DNA of 64,000 bases from Kiritimatiellia bacterium (GTDB lineage: Bacteria; Verrucomicrobiota; Kiritimatiellia; RFP12; UBA1067): assembly GCA_050949565.1 (NCBI GenBank), contig JBMNFY010000017.1, positions 928,001-992,000 of the forward strand, in the 5' to 3' direction. Positions 23,701 through 33,493 of the stretch are shown here, piece by piece (position 1 is the first letter of the stretch; each line of letters begins with the position of its first letter). Position numbers and translations under genes: made by a program. The notes below the pieces were generated by a model. That model worked only from the letters and a program-made list of their open reading frames with translations. It was not told the DNA's origin and did no database searches.

Positions 23701-26700
23701 GCACCACGCCGTCTTCCACCTCTTCTGGCAGAGTAGCACGGTAGACAACATCGTGCCCAACGGCCGCTATGCGCTGCTGCGCTGGAGCGGCAACGGCCCC
23801 ACTACCACCGACGCCTTCGGTGTGGCCAATCCCCAGCCGGGCAAAGCCTACGTCTTTTCGATCGACAACAACACGCTCTGGCTGGAGGTCGGCGGTGCCT
23901 CCAGCGGCGCACATGTCTGGACCGCATCGGGCGGCGGTACGTGGAGCGACGCCAGCAAGTGGGCACTCGCGCCCGGTGCCGGCGCATCCGGTGCAGCGGT
24001 GCGCTTCGATGAGTCGCTCGCAGCCGATGCCTCGGTACTGCTGGACCAGAGCGCGACGGTGGGCCAGCTCTTCTTCAATAGCACCAACGCCTACACGCTC
24101 GCTGGCGACGGTATGAACGCGCTGACGCTGGAAAACGGCGGCGCAACGCCCGGCGCGATTCAAGTCGAACAGGGTCGCCACACGCTCTCCACGCCGATCG
24201 CACTGCTCAGCGAGATCGACATCAAGCCGATCAGCGGAACAGCGCTCAGCCTGAATGCACCGATAGGCGGAGTCGGTAGCCTCGTCAAACGCAACGCGGG
24301 TGACCTGATCCTCGGCGCGGCCAATAGCTTCACTGGCGGCGTCCGTCTGACGAGCGGCACGCTAACGCTGACTAATGGTGCGAATGTCGGCACCGGACCG
24401 CTGGGTCTCGAACATGACTACGCCCCATTGTATGTCACGGGCACCGGTATCAGCGAGTTGAACGGTCCGCTTGCGGTGCGCACCGCACAACCGATAGTGG
24501 AGGTCGCTCCGCAGGCCAGCGCGGTGCTGGCGGACGGCTTGACCTATGAGCATCCCGGCTTCGCGACTCTGATCAAGCGGGGCGCGGGCGAGCTGGTGCT
24601 GGGCGGCGTGACAGATGCGGCGACAGACAATGCTAACCTTAGCGTAGAAGAGGGCCAGGTGCGTTTCGCCGCAGGCTCTGTCAGCCGCATCGGCAACGTG
24701 AACCGCGAAACTGTCCGCATGAACGCGAACAACAATCGTGCGCGTACGCTGGTCGTCGATGCCGGTGCGCAGACCACGCTCTCCGGCCTCTACATGGCTT
24801 ACGGTCCCAACACGGTGGTGGTGGATGGCCAGCTCGCTTTCAGCGGAAACCATGACGCGGTCTGCCTGAGCATCCAAGGCAATACCGTAGAGGATCGCTT
24901 CACCGTGCGCACAGGCGGCGTACTCTCCTGTCTGCCCGGCACGTGGTTCAATATCGGCGTGCGCGGACCAGCGACATTGAGTATTGAAGGCGGCATGGCG
25001 CAGCTCGGTTGCGTCGGTTTTGGCTACCGGCAACTGGCCGAACCTTACGGCGGCCGTTACGGCCGCGTGTTTATCTCCAACGGCGGCACGCTGGATGTAA
25101 CCGGACTCTGGAACTGGATGGGCGATGTCAACAACATCAGCCGCGTCAACAACGTGATCGTCGGTGACGGCTCGCCGGCCGGCGCGACCTTGCGCCTGCC
25201 GCCCACGACCCAGACAGATGCGGCAGGCTGGTCCGCGCTGGCGCTGAACGGCGGCACGCTGGTGACCACCGGGCAAGGAGCGATAACGCCGATCGACGGC
25301 AACTACCTCTATGGCCTGAAGCAGCTCTATGTCGGTCCGGCAGGCGGCACCTTCGACACCGCCGGACAGGCGATCACACTCGCCCTGCCGGTCGGCAGCG
25401 ACACGGCGGGCGGCGCATTCACCAAGACCGGCGCCGGCGCGCTCACGCTGACGGAGCCGCTGCGCTGGGACGGTCTGGTCGACGTTCGGGGCGGGACGCT
25501 GAACGCGGTGCTCGACCGCGCGTCGGTGCGTCCAGACCGAGGTCCCCGGCCTGCTGGCGCGCTACAGCATGGAGAGCGGCAGCGTGTACGACAGCTCGGG
25601 CAACGGCCGCCACGCCGTGCAGCGCGGCGCGCTGGACTACGTGTCCGGTACCAACGGCCTGACGGGAGCGCATTTCGTGACCGGTAACTCATCGGTCTGC
25701 ACGCCGCTTGATGCCGAATACCGCGGGCTCTCCTCATTCACGGTCGCTATGTGGCTGTGGGTCAACAACGTCACGTCGGATTCGAGCACAAGCACAACAT
25801 TCTTCACCACGCGCGCGGCCAATTACACAAACGGTCCATACGAACTCATGCTGCGCATGCATAGGGACAAAGTGCGCATGATGTCCACGGGTACCAGCAG
25901 CGGCAGCCCCTCGGTCTGGTCATCGTTTTATACCTCAACGACGGTTCCGGGGCCCAACCAATGGTTCCATGTGGCGTATGTGGTCACACCGGACGGTGTA
26001 ACAGCCTACATCAATGGTCAGCCTGCCGGTGAATCAACGGCAGCCGCCATGAAAAATACACTGCTCACGCCGCCGAACCGGCCTCTCGGCGATTTCGGCT
26101 TCGGTTTTGGGCACCACCATATGGCCACGCCGGAGACCGGGCAGTTCAAAGGCCGCATCGACGACGTGCGCATTTACGGGCGTGCGCTGTCGCAGGCCGA
26201 GCTCCAGCAGGTGATCGACACCGCGAGCGAGTTGCCCGACCTGCGCGTGGCCGGCGGCGCGACATTCGCGGCGCAAGACGAGACGAGCACCGTGGGCACG
26301 CTCTCCGGCGAAGGATACGTGAGCGGCGCGCTGACAGTGCGCGACCGGGTGTCGCCCGGCGACGCCGACACTCCGGCTGGCGCGACCCTGATGGCCGAGA
26401 AGTTGACGTTCGCGCCGGACGCGGCCTACGCTTGGACATGGTCGCCCACCGCTTATGACATGCTGCTGGCTGGCGACCTTACGTTCGAAGGCACCGGCAC
26501 GGTGGACTTGGGCAGAGCCGAAGGCGACCTGATCAACGGTTCGTTCCGCGCGGTGCTGATGACCTACGACACGGTCAGTGGTGCGGATCATCTCTCCGAC
26601 TGGACGCTTGTGAACGCGGGCGGCAAGGGTTACAATGCCACGATCAAAGCCGAGAATGGCGAAGTGGTGCTGGAATATGAATCGACGCGCGGCACCCTGA

Positions 26701-26714
26701 TTAAGCTGAGGTAG
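17752..26714 (+). pseudogene. Giant (~2980 aa) secreted autotransporter-associated beta-strand repeat protein with a LamG-like domain, split by two frameshifts
   Basis: Three collinear ORFs (17752-20376, 20198-25687, 25569-26714); +1 shifts near 20200 and 25530; many LxKxGxGxLxL repeats; FKGRIDDVRIYGRALS; ends RGTLIKLR. Confidence 0.85.
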
Positions 26715-26742
26715 CGTCCGGCAGGAGGAGAAGGCGAAACGT

Positions 26743-28071
26743 ATGGCGAATCGCTCTAGCTGGTGCAACGGGCTCGCGCTCATTGCGCTGTGCCTCTGTG
26801 TAGCGGCTCGCGCGGATGCGGGCGCGCTGGAAGCGTATGTGCGTCAAGCGGACTCCTCCTTCGCGTGGCGGTCGCGCGGCACGCAGATGTTTGATGTGCC
26901 CGGGATCGAGGTCACCACGCTGGAGTTGGTCTCGCAAACATGGCGCGGCGGCCGCTGGACGCACACGCTCTACATCGCGCGTCCCGGCACAGTGCGCCAC
27001 CCTGCGACCGTCTTCCTCGATATCACGCATGGCGCAAGCCACAAGCATCTGCCTGCGGTCAAGCGTCTGGCCGAAACCGGCGGTACGTTGGTCGCGGTGC
27101 TCACCGACGTACCGAACCAGCCGCTGTATGGCAACCGGTACGAGGACGACCTGATCGCCTACACCTTCGATCAGTATCTGCGCGGCGGTGACGACTCTTG
27201 GCCGTTGCTGCTGCCGACGACCAAAAGCGCCGTGCGCGCCATGGACGCCATTCAGGCCTGGGCGCGTGCCACGCACGGACAGCAGGTCGAGCGCTTCGTG
27301 GTGTCCGGTGCCTCCAAGCGCGGCTGGACCGCCTGGCTCACCGGCGCGGTGGACCCGCGTGTCTGTGCCATCGTGCCGACGGTGATCGACATGCTCAATC
27401 TGAAAGCGCAAACCCAGTGGTCACAGCGCGTGTACGGTCGCCAGAGCGAGAAGATTAGCGCCTACACCAATATCGGTCTGATAAAATGGTTGGACCGGCC
27501 GGAGGGCGCCCGCCTGCAGGAGATTGTGGACCCCTTCAGTTATCGCGCCGCACTCACCATGCCCAAACTGTTGCTGCTCGGAACAAACGATCCCTTCTGG
27601 ACTGTGGATTCCCTGCGCCATTACTGGGACGATCTGCCGGGGCCGAAAATAGTCTACCAAGCCCCGAACGCCGGTCACGGCGCGGGTAACACTGAAGGCG
27701 CCGCGCGTGTCCGCGCCGCCTTTCTGCAGATGATCGCGCAGGGCAAGACGCCGCCGCAGATGAGTTGGCGCCGGCAGAACGGCGCAACGGACACGCTGCA
27801 TGTCGAGGCCGACCGCCGAGCACGCGACGCGCGGCTCTGGCGAGCGCACGCGCCGACCCGTGATTTCCGCAAGGCCGTCTGGAAGAGTGCGCCGCTCGCG
27901 CTTGATGCGCAGGGGCTGCGCGCAACCCTTCCCCTGACTGCTGCGGCAAAAGGCTTCACCGCCTATATGGCCGAGTTCTCTTTTTCTGAAGGCGGATGTG
28001 ACTTCCAACTCTCCACGCAAGTCTACGTATCGCCCGATCTACCACCACCGCCCAAGGATCAAACACCATGA
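26743..28071 (+). CDS. PhoPQ-activated pathogenicity-related (PqaA-like) alpha/beta hydrolase
   Basis: VPNQPL..EDDLIAYT, SGASKRGWT, IVDPFSY, PNAGH; signal peptide. Confidence 0.85.
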   Translation: MANRSSWCNGLALIALCLCVAARADAGALEAYVRQADSSFAWRSRGTQMFDVPGIEVTTLELVSQTWRGGRWTHTLYIARPGTVRHPATVFLDITHGASHKHLPAVKRLAETGGTLVAVLTDVPNQPLYGNRYEDDLIAYTFDQYLRGGDDSWPLLLPTTKSAVRAMDAIQAWARATHGQQVERFVVSGASKRGWTAWLTGAVDPRVCAIVPTVIDMLNLKAQTQWSQRVYGRQSEKISAYTNIGLIKWLDRPEGARLQEIVDPFSYRAALTMPKLLLLGTNDPFWTVDSLRHYWDDLPGPKIVYQAPNAGHGAGNTEGAARVRAAFLQMIAQGKTPPQMSWRRQNGATDTLHVEADRRARDARLWRAHAPTRDFRKAVWKSAPLALDAQGLRATLPLTAAAKGFTAYMAEFSFSEGGCDFQLSTQVYVSPDLPPPPKDQTP

Positions 28072-29045
28072 AAAAAGTACTCACCGCCCTCTTCGGCCTG
28101 TGCGCTATGCTTGCCGCCGCGCAGACCGCGACGCTCACGACCGACGCAATCCGTGTGCGTGATCCCTTTATCTTCGCCGACGCATCCAGCAAGACCTACT
28201 ACCTCTATGCGCAGGCGGGGAACCGTGCCGGTAGTGGATATCGCGGTGTCGAGGTCTACACAAGCAAGGACCTCAAAACTTGGCAGACCCCCCGCCCCGT
28301 GCTCACCCTGCCCGAAGATAGCGGCGTAGCCATGGTCTGGGCACCGGAGATGCACGTCTACAAAGGCGCGTACTACCTCTTCGTGACGCTGACCTTCCGC
28401 GACATGTTGCCCATCGCCAAACCGGCAGACACCCCGAACTGGCCGCCCATGCACCGGCGCGGCACTTGGATTTACCGCGCCGATTCGCCGGCCGGTCCCT
28501 TCAAGCCGCTGAAGAACAGCTCGCACACACCCGCCGATTGGATGGCGTTGGACGGCACCCTGTACGTCGAGAATGGCAGGCCCTACATGATCTTCTGTCA
28601 CGAGTGGGTGCAGCTCATCGACGGCGCGATGGCGCTGGTTGAACTTACGCCCGATCTGAGCGACACGCAGGGCGAACCGGTCCGCCTCTTCAGCGCGTCA
28701 GTCGCGCCGGGCGCAAAGCGCGGCGAAAAAGAGAGCAAGGTCACTGACGGACCTTTCCTTTACAAGAGCCCCAAAAGCGGCGCGCTCTTCATGATCTGGT
28801 CGACCTTCATCCCAGGCAAAGGATATTGCGTGCTGCTGGCCCGCTCCACGTCCGGGCGCGTCGCCGGCCCTTGGACCGGCCACACGCCGATCTACACCAC
28901 GAACGGAGGGCACGGCATGATCTTCAAGACCTTTGATGGCCGGCTGCAACTGGCCCTGCACCAACCCAACACAAGCCCGCAAGAACGCATGCACCTTTTC
29001 AGCTTAGTCGACGACGGCACCGCGCTACGGCTAGAGGGCAAATAA
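28068..29045 (+). CDS. Glycoside hydrolase family 43
   Basis: IRVRDPFI, WAPE, LDGTLY, HEW, TDGPF and GGHGM motifs; signal peptide. Confidence 0.9.
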   Translation: MKKVLTALFGLCAMLAAAQTATLTTDAIRVRDPFIFADASSKTYYLYAQAGNRAGSGYRGVEVYTSKDLKTWQTPRPVLTLPEDSGVAMVWAPEMHVYKGAYYLFVTLTFRDMLPIAKPADTPNWPPMHRRGTWIYRADSPAGPFKPLKNSSHTPADWMALDGTLYVENGRPYMIFCHEWVQLIDGAMALVELTPDLSDTQGEPVRLFSASVAPGAKRGEKESKVTDGPFLYKSPKSGALFMIWSTFIPGKGYCVLLARSTSGRVAGPWTGHTPIYTTNGGHGMIFKTFDGRLQLALHQPNTSPQERMHLFSLVDDGTALRLEGK

Positions 29046-29081
29046 CGCCGTACGAACCGACGGCAAGCACAACAAACAACC

Positions 29082-30170
29082 ATGGAAATCTCACTGCCAG
29101 AGACCTGTTCTGCCGAAACGGTGGCCGAGTTGTGGCGCTCAGCGCTACCGGTGGTCGCGCGGCTAGGTGAGGGCGATAAGCTGGCATTGGATGCCGAGGC
29201 GGTCGTGACCTGCGACGGCGCGGGCGAGGCGCTGATCGTCGAACTGTACCGTCGGTCGGCGCGCCAGGGCTTCGCCATCGCGTGTCGCGACGGGCGCGGG
29301 GTGGTGGCGCGCACGCTGGAGTTTTTCGCAGTCGAGCGTTTCGCCGAAGATTCGGCCGCGGCCAATCCGGTACGCAAAACGTCGACCGCCGTACAGCTCG
29401 GCGAGGCCGTGGTGCATATCTGGCAGGTCGTCTGCGAACAGATGGCCTTTCTGGGCGAGGCGGCGACTGCGTTCGCCACCCTGCTCTTCCGTCCGGGGCG
29501 GCTGCGGCTACGCGACACCCTGCTGCACTTCGAGCGGGCCGGGATCGACGCGCTGCCCATCACCTTGCTGATCGGCTTCCTGTTCGGTCTGATCGTGGCG
29601 TTCATGGCGGCCGCCTCGATGAGCCGGTTCGGCGTCGAGGTCTATGTGGCGGATCTGCTGACTATCGGCCTGTTCCGCGAACTGGGAGCACTGATCACCG
29701 CGATCATCCTGGCGGGACGTTCAGGCTCTGCCTTCGCAGCCGAGATCGGCACCATGAAAGTCAACGAGGAGGTGGACGCGCTGGAAACCCTCGGATTGCC
29801 GCCGATGACTTTCCTAGCCCTGCCGCGCGTGTTCGCCTCCACGCTGGCCCTGCCACTGCTCTCGATCTTCGCCATTGCCGCCGGACTGTTCGGCGGCGCA
29901 ATGGTGATGACCGCGACCGGCCTGCCGTCCACCGTCTACTGGCAACGCGTGTTCAAGGCCGCCACACTCAGCAACGTCCTGCTGGGGCTTTTCAAGGCGG
30001 CAGTCTTCGGCCTGCTGGTGGGGCTCGTGGGGTGTTCGCAAGGCCTGCATACCGGACGCACGGCCGACGCCGTGGGACGCGCCGCCACCGCTGCGGTCGT
30101 CGGCAGCCTGACCTTGATTACGGTATTTGACGGCATTTTTGCCGTCCTGTTTTACGTGCTGGGAGTCTAA
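29082..30170 (+). CDS. mlaE: MlaE family ABC permease with N-terminal STAS-like domain
   Basis: RELGALITAIILAGRSGSAFAAEIGTMKVNEEVDAL. Confidence 0.92.
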   Translation: MEISLPETCSAETVAELWRSALPVVARLGEGDKLALDAEAVVTCDGAGEALIVELYRRSARQGFAIACRDGRGVVARTLEFFAVERFAEDSAAANPVRKTSTAVQLGEAVVHIWQVVCEQMAFLGEAATAFATLLFRPGRLRLRDTLLHFERAGIDALPITLLIGFLFGLIVAFMAAASMSRFGVEVYVADLLTIGLFRELGALITAIILAGRSGSAFAAEIGTMKVNEEVDALETLGLPPMTFLALPRVFASTLALPLLSIFAIAAGLFGGAMVMTATGLPSTVYWQRVFKAATLSNVLLGLFKAAVFGLLVGLVGCSQGLHTGRTADAVGRAATAAVVGSLTLITVFDGIFAVLFYVLGV

Positions 30171-30175
30171 CGCGC

Positions 30176-30919
30176 ATGAAGGATGCAGTCATCACAGTCA
30201 AGGATGTGGATGCCGGATACACAAGTCCGGTGGTCCGCGAGATTTCGTTCGACGTATACGCCGGCGAAATCTTCGTCATCCTGGGCGGTTCCGGCTGCGG
30301 CAAGAGCACGCTGCTCAAGCACATGATCGGCCTCAACCCGCCGCTGGCCGGCGAGATCCGGCTGATGGGCGACCGCCTCTTCGGCGTCTCGCAAGAGGAA
30401 CGGCTGCGCGCGTTGCGGCACTTCGGTGTGACCTATCAGAGCGGGGCGCTCTTCGGCTCGATGACGCTACTGGAGAATGTCTGCCTGCCGCTGGAGTCGT
30501 TCACCGACCTGCCGCGCGAGGCACGGTGTCTGGTAGCGGAGATGAAACTGGAACTGGTCGGGCTTAAAGAGTACGCCTGTTACTTCCCGTCGGACATCAG
30601 CGGCGGCATGAAGAAGCGCGCGGCGATCGCGCGCGCCATGGCGCTGGATCCCCGCATCCTCTTTCTTGATGAACCCTCGGCCGGACTCGATCCGGTAACC
30701 TCGGCCGGACTCGACCGCCTGATCCTGCACCTGCGCGATACGCAAGGTGTGACGGTCGTGATGGTGACGCACGAACTGGCCAGCATCTTTGCCGTCGCCG
30801 ACCGCTGCGTCATGCTGGACAAGCAGGAACAACGGCTGATCGCCACCGGCTCACCCGCCGAGCTGCGCGAGCATAGCGAGCACCCGGCCGTACGCGCTTT
30901 TTTCAACCGCGAAGGATAA
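30176..30919 (+). CDS. mlaF: MlaF family ABC ATP-binding protein
   Basis: Walker A GGSGCGKS, ISGGM signature, ILFLDEP, VTHE. Confidence 0.92.
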   Translation: MKDAVITVKDVDAGYTSPVVREISFDVYAGEIFVILGGSGCGKSTLLKHMIGLNPPLAGEIRLMGDRLFGVSQEERLRALRHFGVTYQSGALFGSMTLLENVCLPLESFTDLPREARCLVAEMKLELVGLKEYACYFPSDISGGMKKRAAIARAMALDPRILFLDEPSAGLDPVTSAGLDRLILHLRDTQGVTVVMVTHELASIFAVADRCVMLDKQEQRLIATGSPAELREHSEHPAVRAFFNREG

Positions 30920-30928
30920 GCAAACGTC

Positions 30929-32107
30929 ATGAATGAAAACAAGGCCAACTTTGCAAAAATCGGCTTCTTCGTCCTAGCCGGCGCAGCCCTGATCGTACTG
31001 GCGATCGGGATTGCCGGCGCACGCACCTTCAACAAAAAAGTGGTCGAAGCCGAAACCTACTTCGCCGAGTCTGTAACCGGTCTGGACTTGGGCTCGCCCG
31101 TCAAATATCGTGGCGTGCCGGTCGGCGAGGTCAAGCGCATCGGATTCGTCTACAGCGAATACGGCAAGCGTAAAAATGACCCGCTGACCCAAGCCGGGGC
31201 ACACCAAGTTCTCGTGGTGATGGCGCTGGATCCGGAGCGTTTCGGTCTGCTCGACGATCAGGCGGCAGACAAGGAGCTGCGTACGCTGGTGCAGCAGGGC
31301 CTACGCGTCAAGATCGCCTCTTCGGGCGTGACCGGGCTTTCGTTCCTCGAACTGGACTACTTCGCACAGCCCAGCGATGTCGCAAAGGATTATCCGTTGA
31401 CGTGGCAACCCGCGAATCCCTTTATTCCATCCACGCCAAGCACCATGAGCAACCTCAAAAGGGCGGTTGACGATGTCTTCGTCAAGCTGAGCGCCATCGA
31501 CCTGCGGGCGTTGGGCGACGAGATGCTCATCACGCTCTACCTGCTGCAAAACACCCTCAACAAAACGGATATCCCGGCGTTGAGCGCCGAGGCAACCAAA
31601 TTGCTGGGCGAACTACGCGAGACCAACCGCTCGGTCAAGAAGCTGCTCGACGCGCCCGAACTCGCGACACTCCCGGCCGATCTCGGCGCGACATTAGAGA
31701 GCGCGCACCGCATCACCACCGGGATCGAGACGAACATCTTACCGTTGGCCACTAACCTGCGCCAGATCGTCGGTCGCGCCGACGGTCTACTTGGAAACGC
31801 CAACGACCTGATCGACAACGCGGACAGTCTGATCGACAATGCAGATCGCTTCATCGGCAACGCCGACCGTCTGCTCACCACCAACAGCGCGGTAGTCGGT
31901 GAGATGGTCGGCGCCCTCAACCAGACCGCCCAGACACTGAACCGCACCACGCTCGCGCAACAGGGCGCGTTGGGCGAACTGATTCAGAGCCTGCGCACGG
32001 CCGCCGCAGACCTAGAGCGTCTGGTAAACGAAATGAGCGCGAACCCTTCCGTCCTGCTATTCGGCCAGCCGCCACTGCCATTGCCGGAGACACAGCCAGA
32101 TGAGTAA
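30929..32107 (+). CDS. mlaD: MlaD/MCE family protein with long helical tail
   Basis: N-terminal TM; ESVTGLDLGSPVKYRGVPVGEV; NPSVLLFG end. Confidence 0.88.
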   Translation: MNENKANFAKIGFFVLAGAALIVLAIGIAGARTFNKKVVEAETYFAESVTGLDLGSPVKYRGVPVGEVKRIGFVYSEYGKRKNDPLTQAGAHQVLVVMALDPERFGLLDDQAADKELRTLVQQGLRVKIASSGVTGLSFLELDYFAQPSDVAKDYPLTWQPANPFIPSTPSTMSNLKRAVDDVFVKLSAIDLRALGDEMLITLYLLQNTLNKTDIPALSAEATKLLGELRETNRSVKKLLDAPELATLPADLGATLESAHRITTGIETNILPLATNLRQIVGRADGLLGNANDLIDNADSLIDNADRFIGNADRLLTTNSAVVGEMVGALNQTAQTLNRTTLAQQGALGELIQSLRTAAADLERLVNEMSANPSVLLFGQPPLPLPETQPDE

Positions 32108-32540
32108 AAGTCGAACGTTGAAAGTGGCATGGGCGTCCCGCCCATGAGACACACGGGCAAGATGCCCGTGCCACACTTGCCAAAGAAAGTTGAAAGTTGA
32201 GAGTTACCAGAAGGAGTTTTGACATGATTAACATGATTTGGAGGGCGAGTGTCCCCACGAGCCGCCGGAACGAGCAATGGAGGGCGAGTGTCCTCACGAG
32301 CCGCCTTCCGCCATGCGGAAGGATAGTCTCAGGTTCCATTGCGGAGCGCCGGGAGGGGCAAGCGTCTGCTTGCCCGGCGGCGGTCACGCCGCCACACCAA
32401 AAATCTCTGCGTCTCCGCGTCTCTGTGTTAAAAAAACGCTCAACGCTCAACGTTCTGCGGGCGGGGACGCCCGCGCTCCCGACTGCGCACACACAAAACA
32501 CGCGCCCGACTCGCATAACCCTTGTCACTAATCGGTTACG
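32108..32540. repeat. Mosaic of REP-like hairpins and 7-9-mer short repeats inserted in the mla operon
   Basis: GTGGCATGGGCGTCCCGCCCATG..CACGGGCAAGATGCCCGTGCCAC; GAAAGTT repeats; two TGGAGGGCGAGTGTCC..ACGAGCCGCC; GGGAGGGGCAAGCGTCTGCTTG shared with ~35465-35508 and the 181-bp array. Confidence 0.85.
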
Positions 32541-33168
32541 TGTTTCCTTGGTATTGCTTGCGTCGAGCCTGCTGCTAGCGGGGTGCCTGAGCGGCAGTCG
32601 CCAGGCACAACGCGAGGCGCTGACGCAAAAGCGTACCTTTGTGCCGCTGGCAGGCCCCGCCAAGCCGCTCTCGTCCGCGTCGCGCGCGGCCGCCGTCAAG
32701 GTACGCGCCTTCCGCGCCCAGCCGCCGTTCGATGCACGACACTTCATCGTGCGGCGTCCCGGCGGTGAATTCGCCGCCGATTACTACAACGGCTGGCTGG
32801 CCGCGCCGCACGAACTGATCCGCGTGCAGGCCACGCGTTACATCGAAGCTTCCGGGGTGTTCGAGGCTGTCTATGACAGCGCCAGCGGCACGGTCGCGCC
32901 GTTGGGGTTGGAGGGACTGGTCACCGAACTCTATCTCGACCACACCGGCGACACGCCCACCGCAGTCGTGGCCTTGCGCCTGCTAGTGCTCGATGAGCGC
33001 GCCCCTTCCTTCACGGTATTGGCGACGCACGAGGCGCAGGCACGCGTCGCCTACACCCCCGGCACACCATCCGCCGCTTCCGAGGCCTTCGGCCAAGCCC
33101 TGACCCAAGTGCTTGAGGAGTTGACTACAGCCCTGTCGACCAGCAAGTTAAGCGTCGCTGAGCGTTGA
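32224..33168 (+). CDS. PqiC-like ABC-transport auxiliary lipoprotein (start uncertain; the 5' part runs through repeats)
   Basis: Lipobox LLLAGC near 32569-32586; DYYNGWLAAP; last gene of the mlaEFD operon. Confidence 0.75.
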   Translation: MINMIWRASVPTSRRNEQWRASVLTSRLPPCGRIVSGSIAERREGQASACPAAVTPPHQKSLRLRVSVLKKRSTLNVLRAGTPALPTAHTQNTRPTRITLVTNRLRVSLVLLASSLLLAGCLSGSRQAQREALTQKRTFVPLAGPAKPLSSASRAAAVKVRAFRAQPPFDARHFIVRRPGGEFAADYYNGWLAAPHELIRVQATRYIEASGVFEAVYDSASGTVAPLGLEGLVTELYLDHTGDTPTAVVALRLLVLDERAPSFTVLATHEAQARVAYTPGTPSAASEAFGQALTQVLEELTTALSTSKLSVAER

Positions 33169-33493
33169 CCACCGCAAGGATGGCGGCGCGGCTAGAAACA
33201 CGAAATGTCTAATGTCAAACTACGACCCCAAGAACCCCTAGTGCTCGATGAGCGCGCCCCTTCCTTCACGGTATTGGCGACGCACGAGGCGCAGGCACGC
33301 GTCGCCTACACCCCCGGCACACCATCCGCCGCTTCCGAGGCCTTCGGCCAAGCCCTGACCCAAGTGCTTGAGGAGTTGACTACAGCCCTGTCGACCAGCA
33401 AGTTAAGCGTCGCTGAGCGTTGACCACCGCAAGGATGGCGGCGCGGCTAGAAACACGAAATGTCTAATGTCAAACTACGAGCCCCAAGAACCC
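32983..33493 (+). repeat. Tandem duplication of 255/256 bp (3' end of the PqiC-like gene plus a 24-bp IR)
   Basis: 32983-33237 repeated at 33238-33493; the only difference I found is one extra G at 33481. Confidence 0.92.

Noticed and set aside
33193-33220. dif/pdif site (TAATGTCAAAC resembles a XerD arm)
   Set aside because: No XerC-like arm lies 6 bp away in either copy. ACTCGCATAA at 32509 likewise lacks a XerD arm.
33205-33423. Independent 72-aa gene
   Set aside because: It is only the duplicated PqiC 3' end read from an ATG in the repeat junction.
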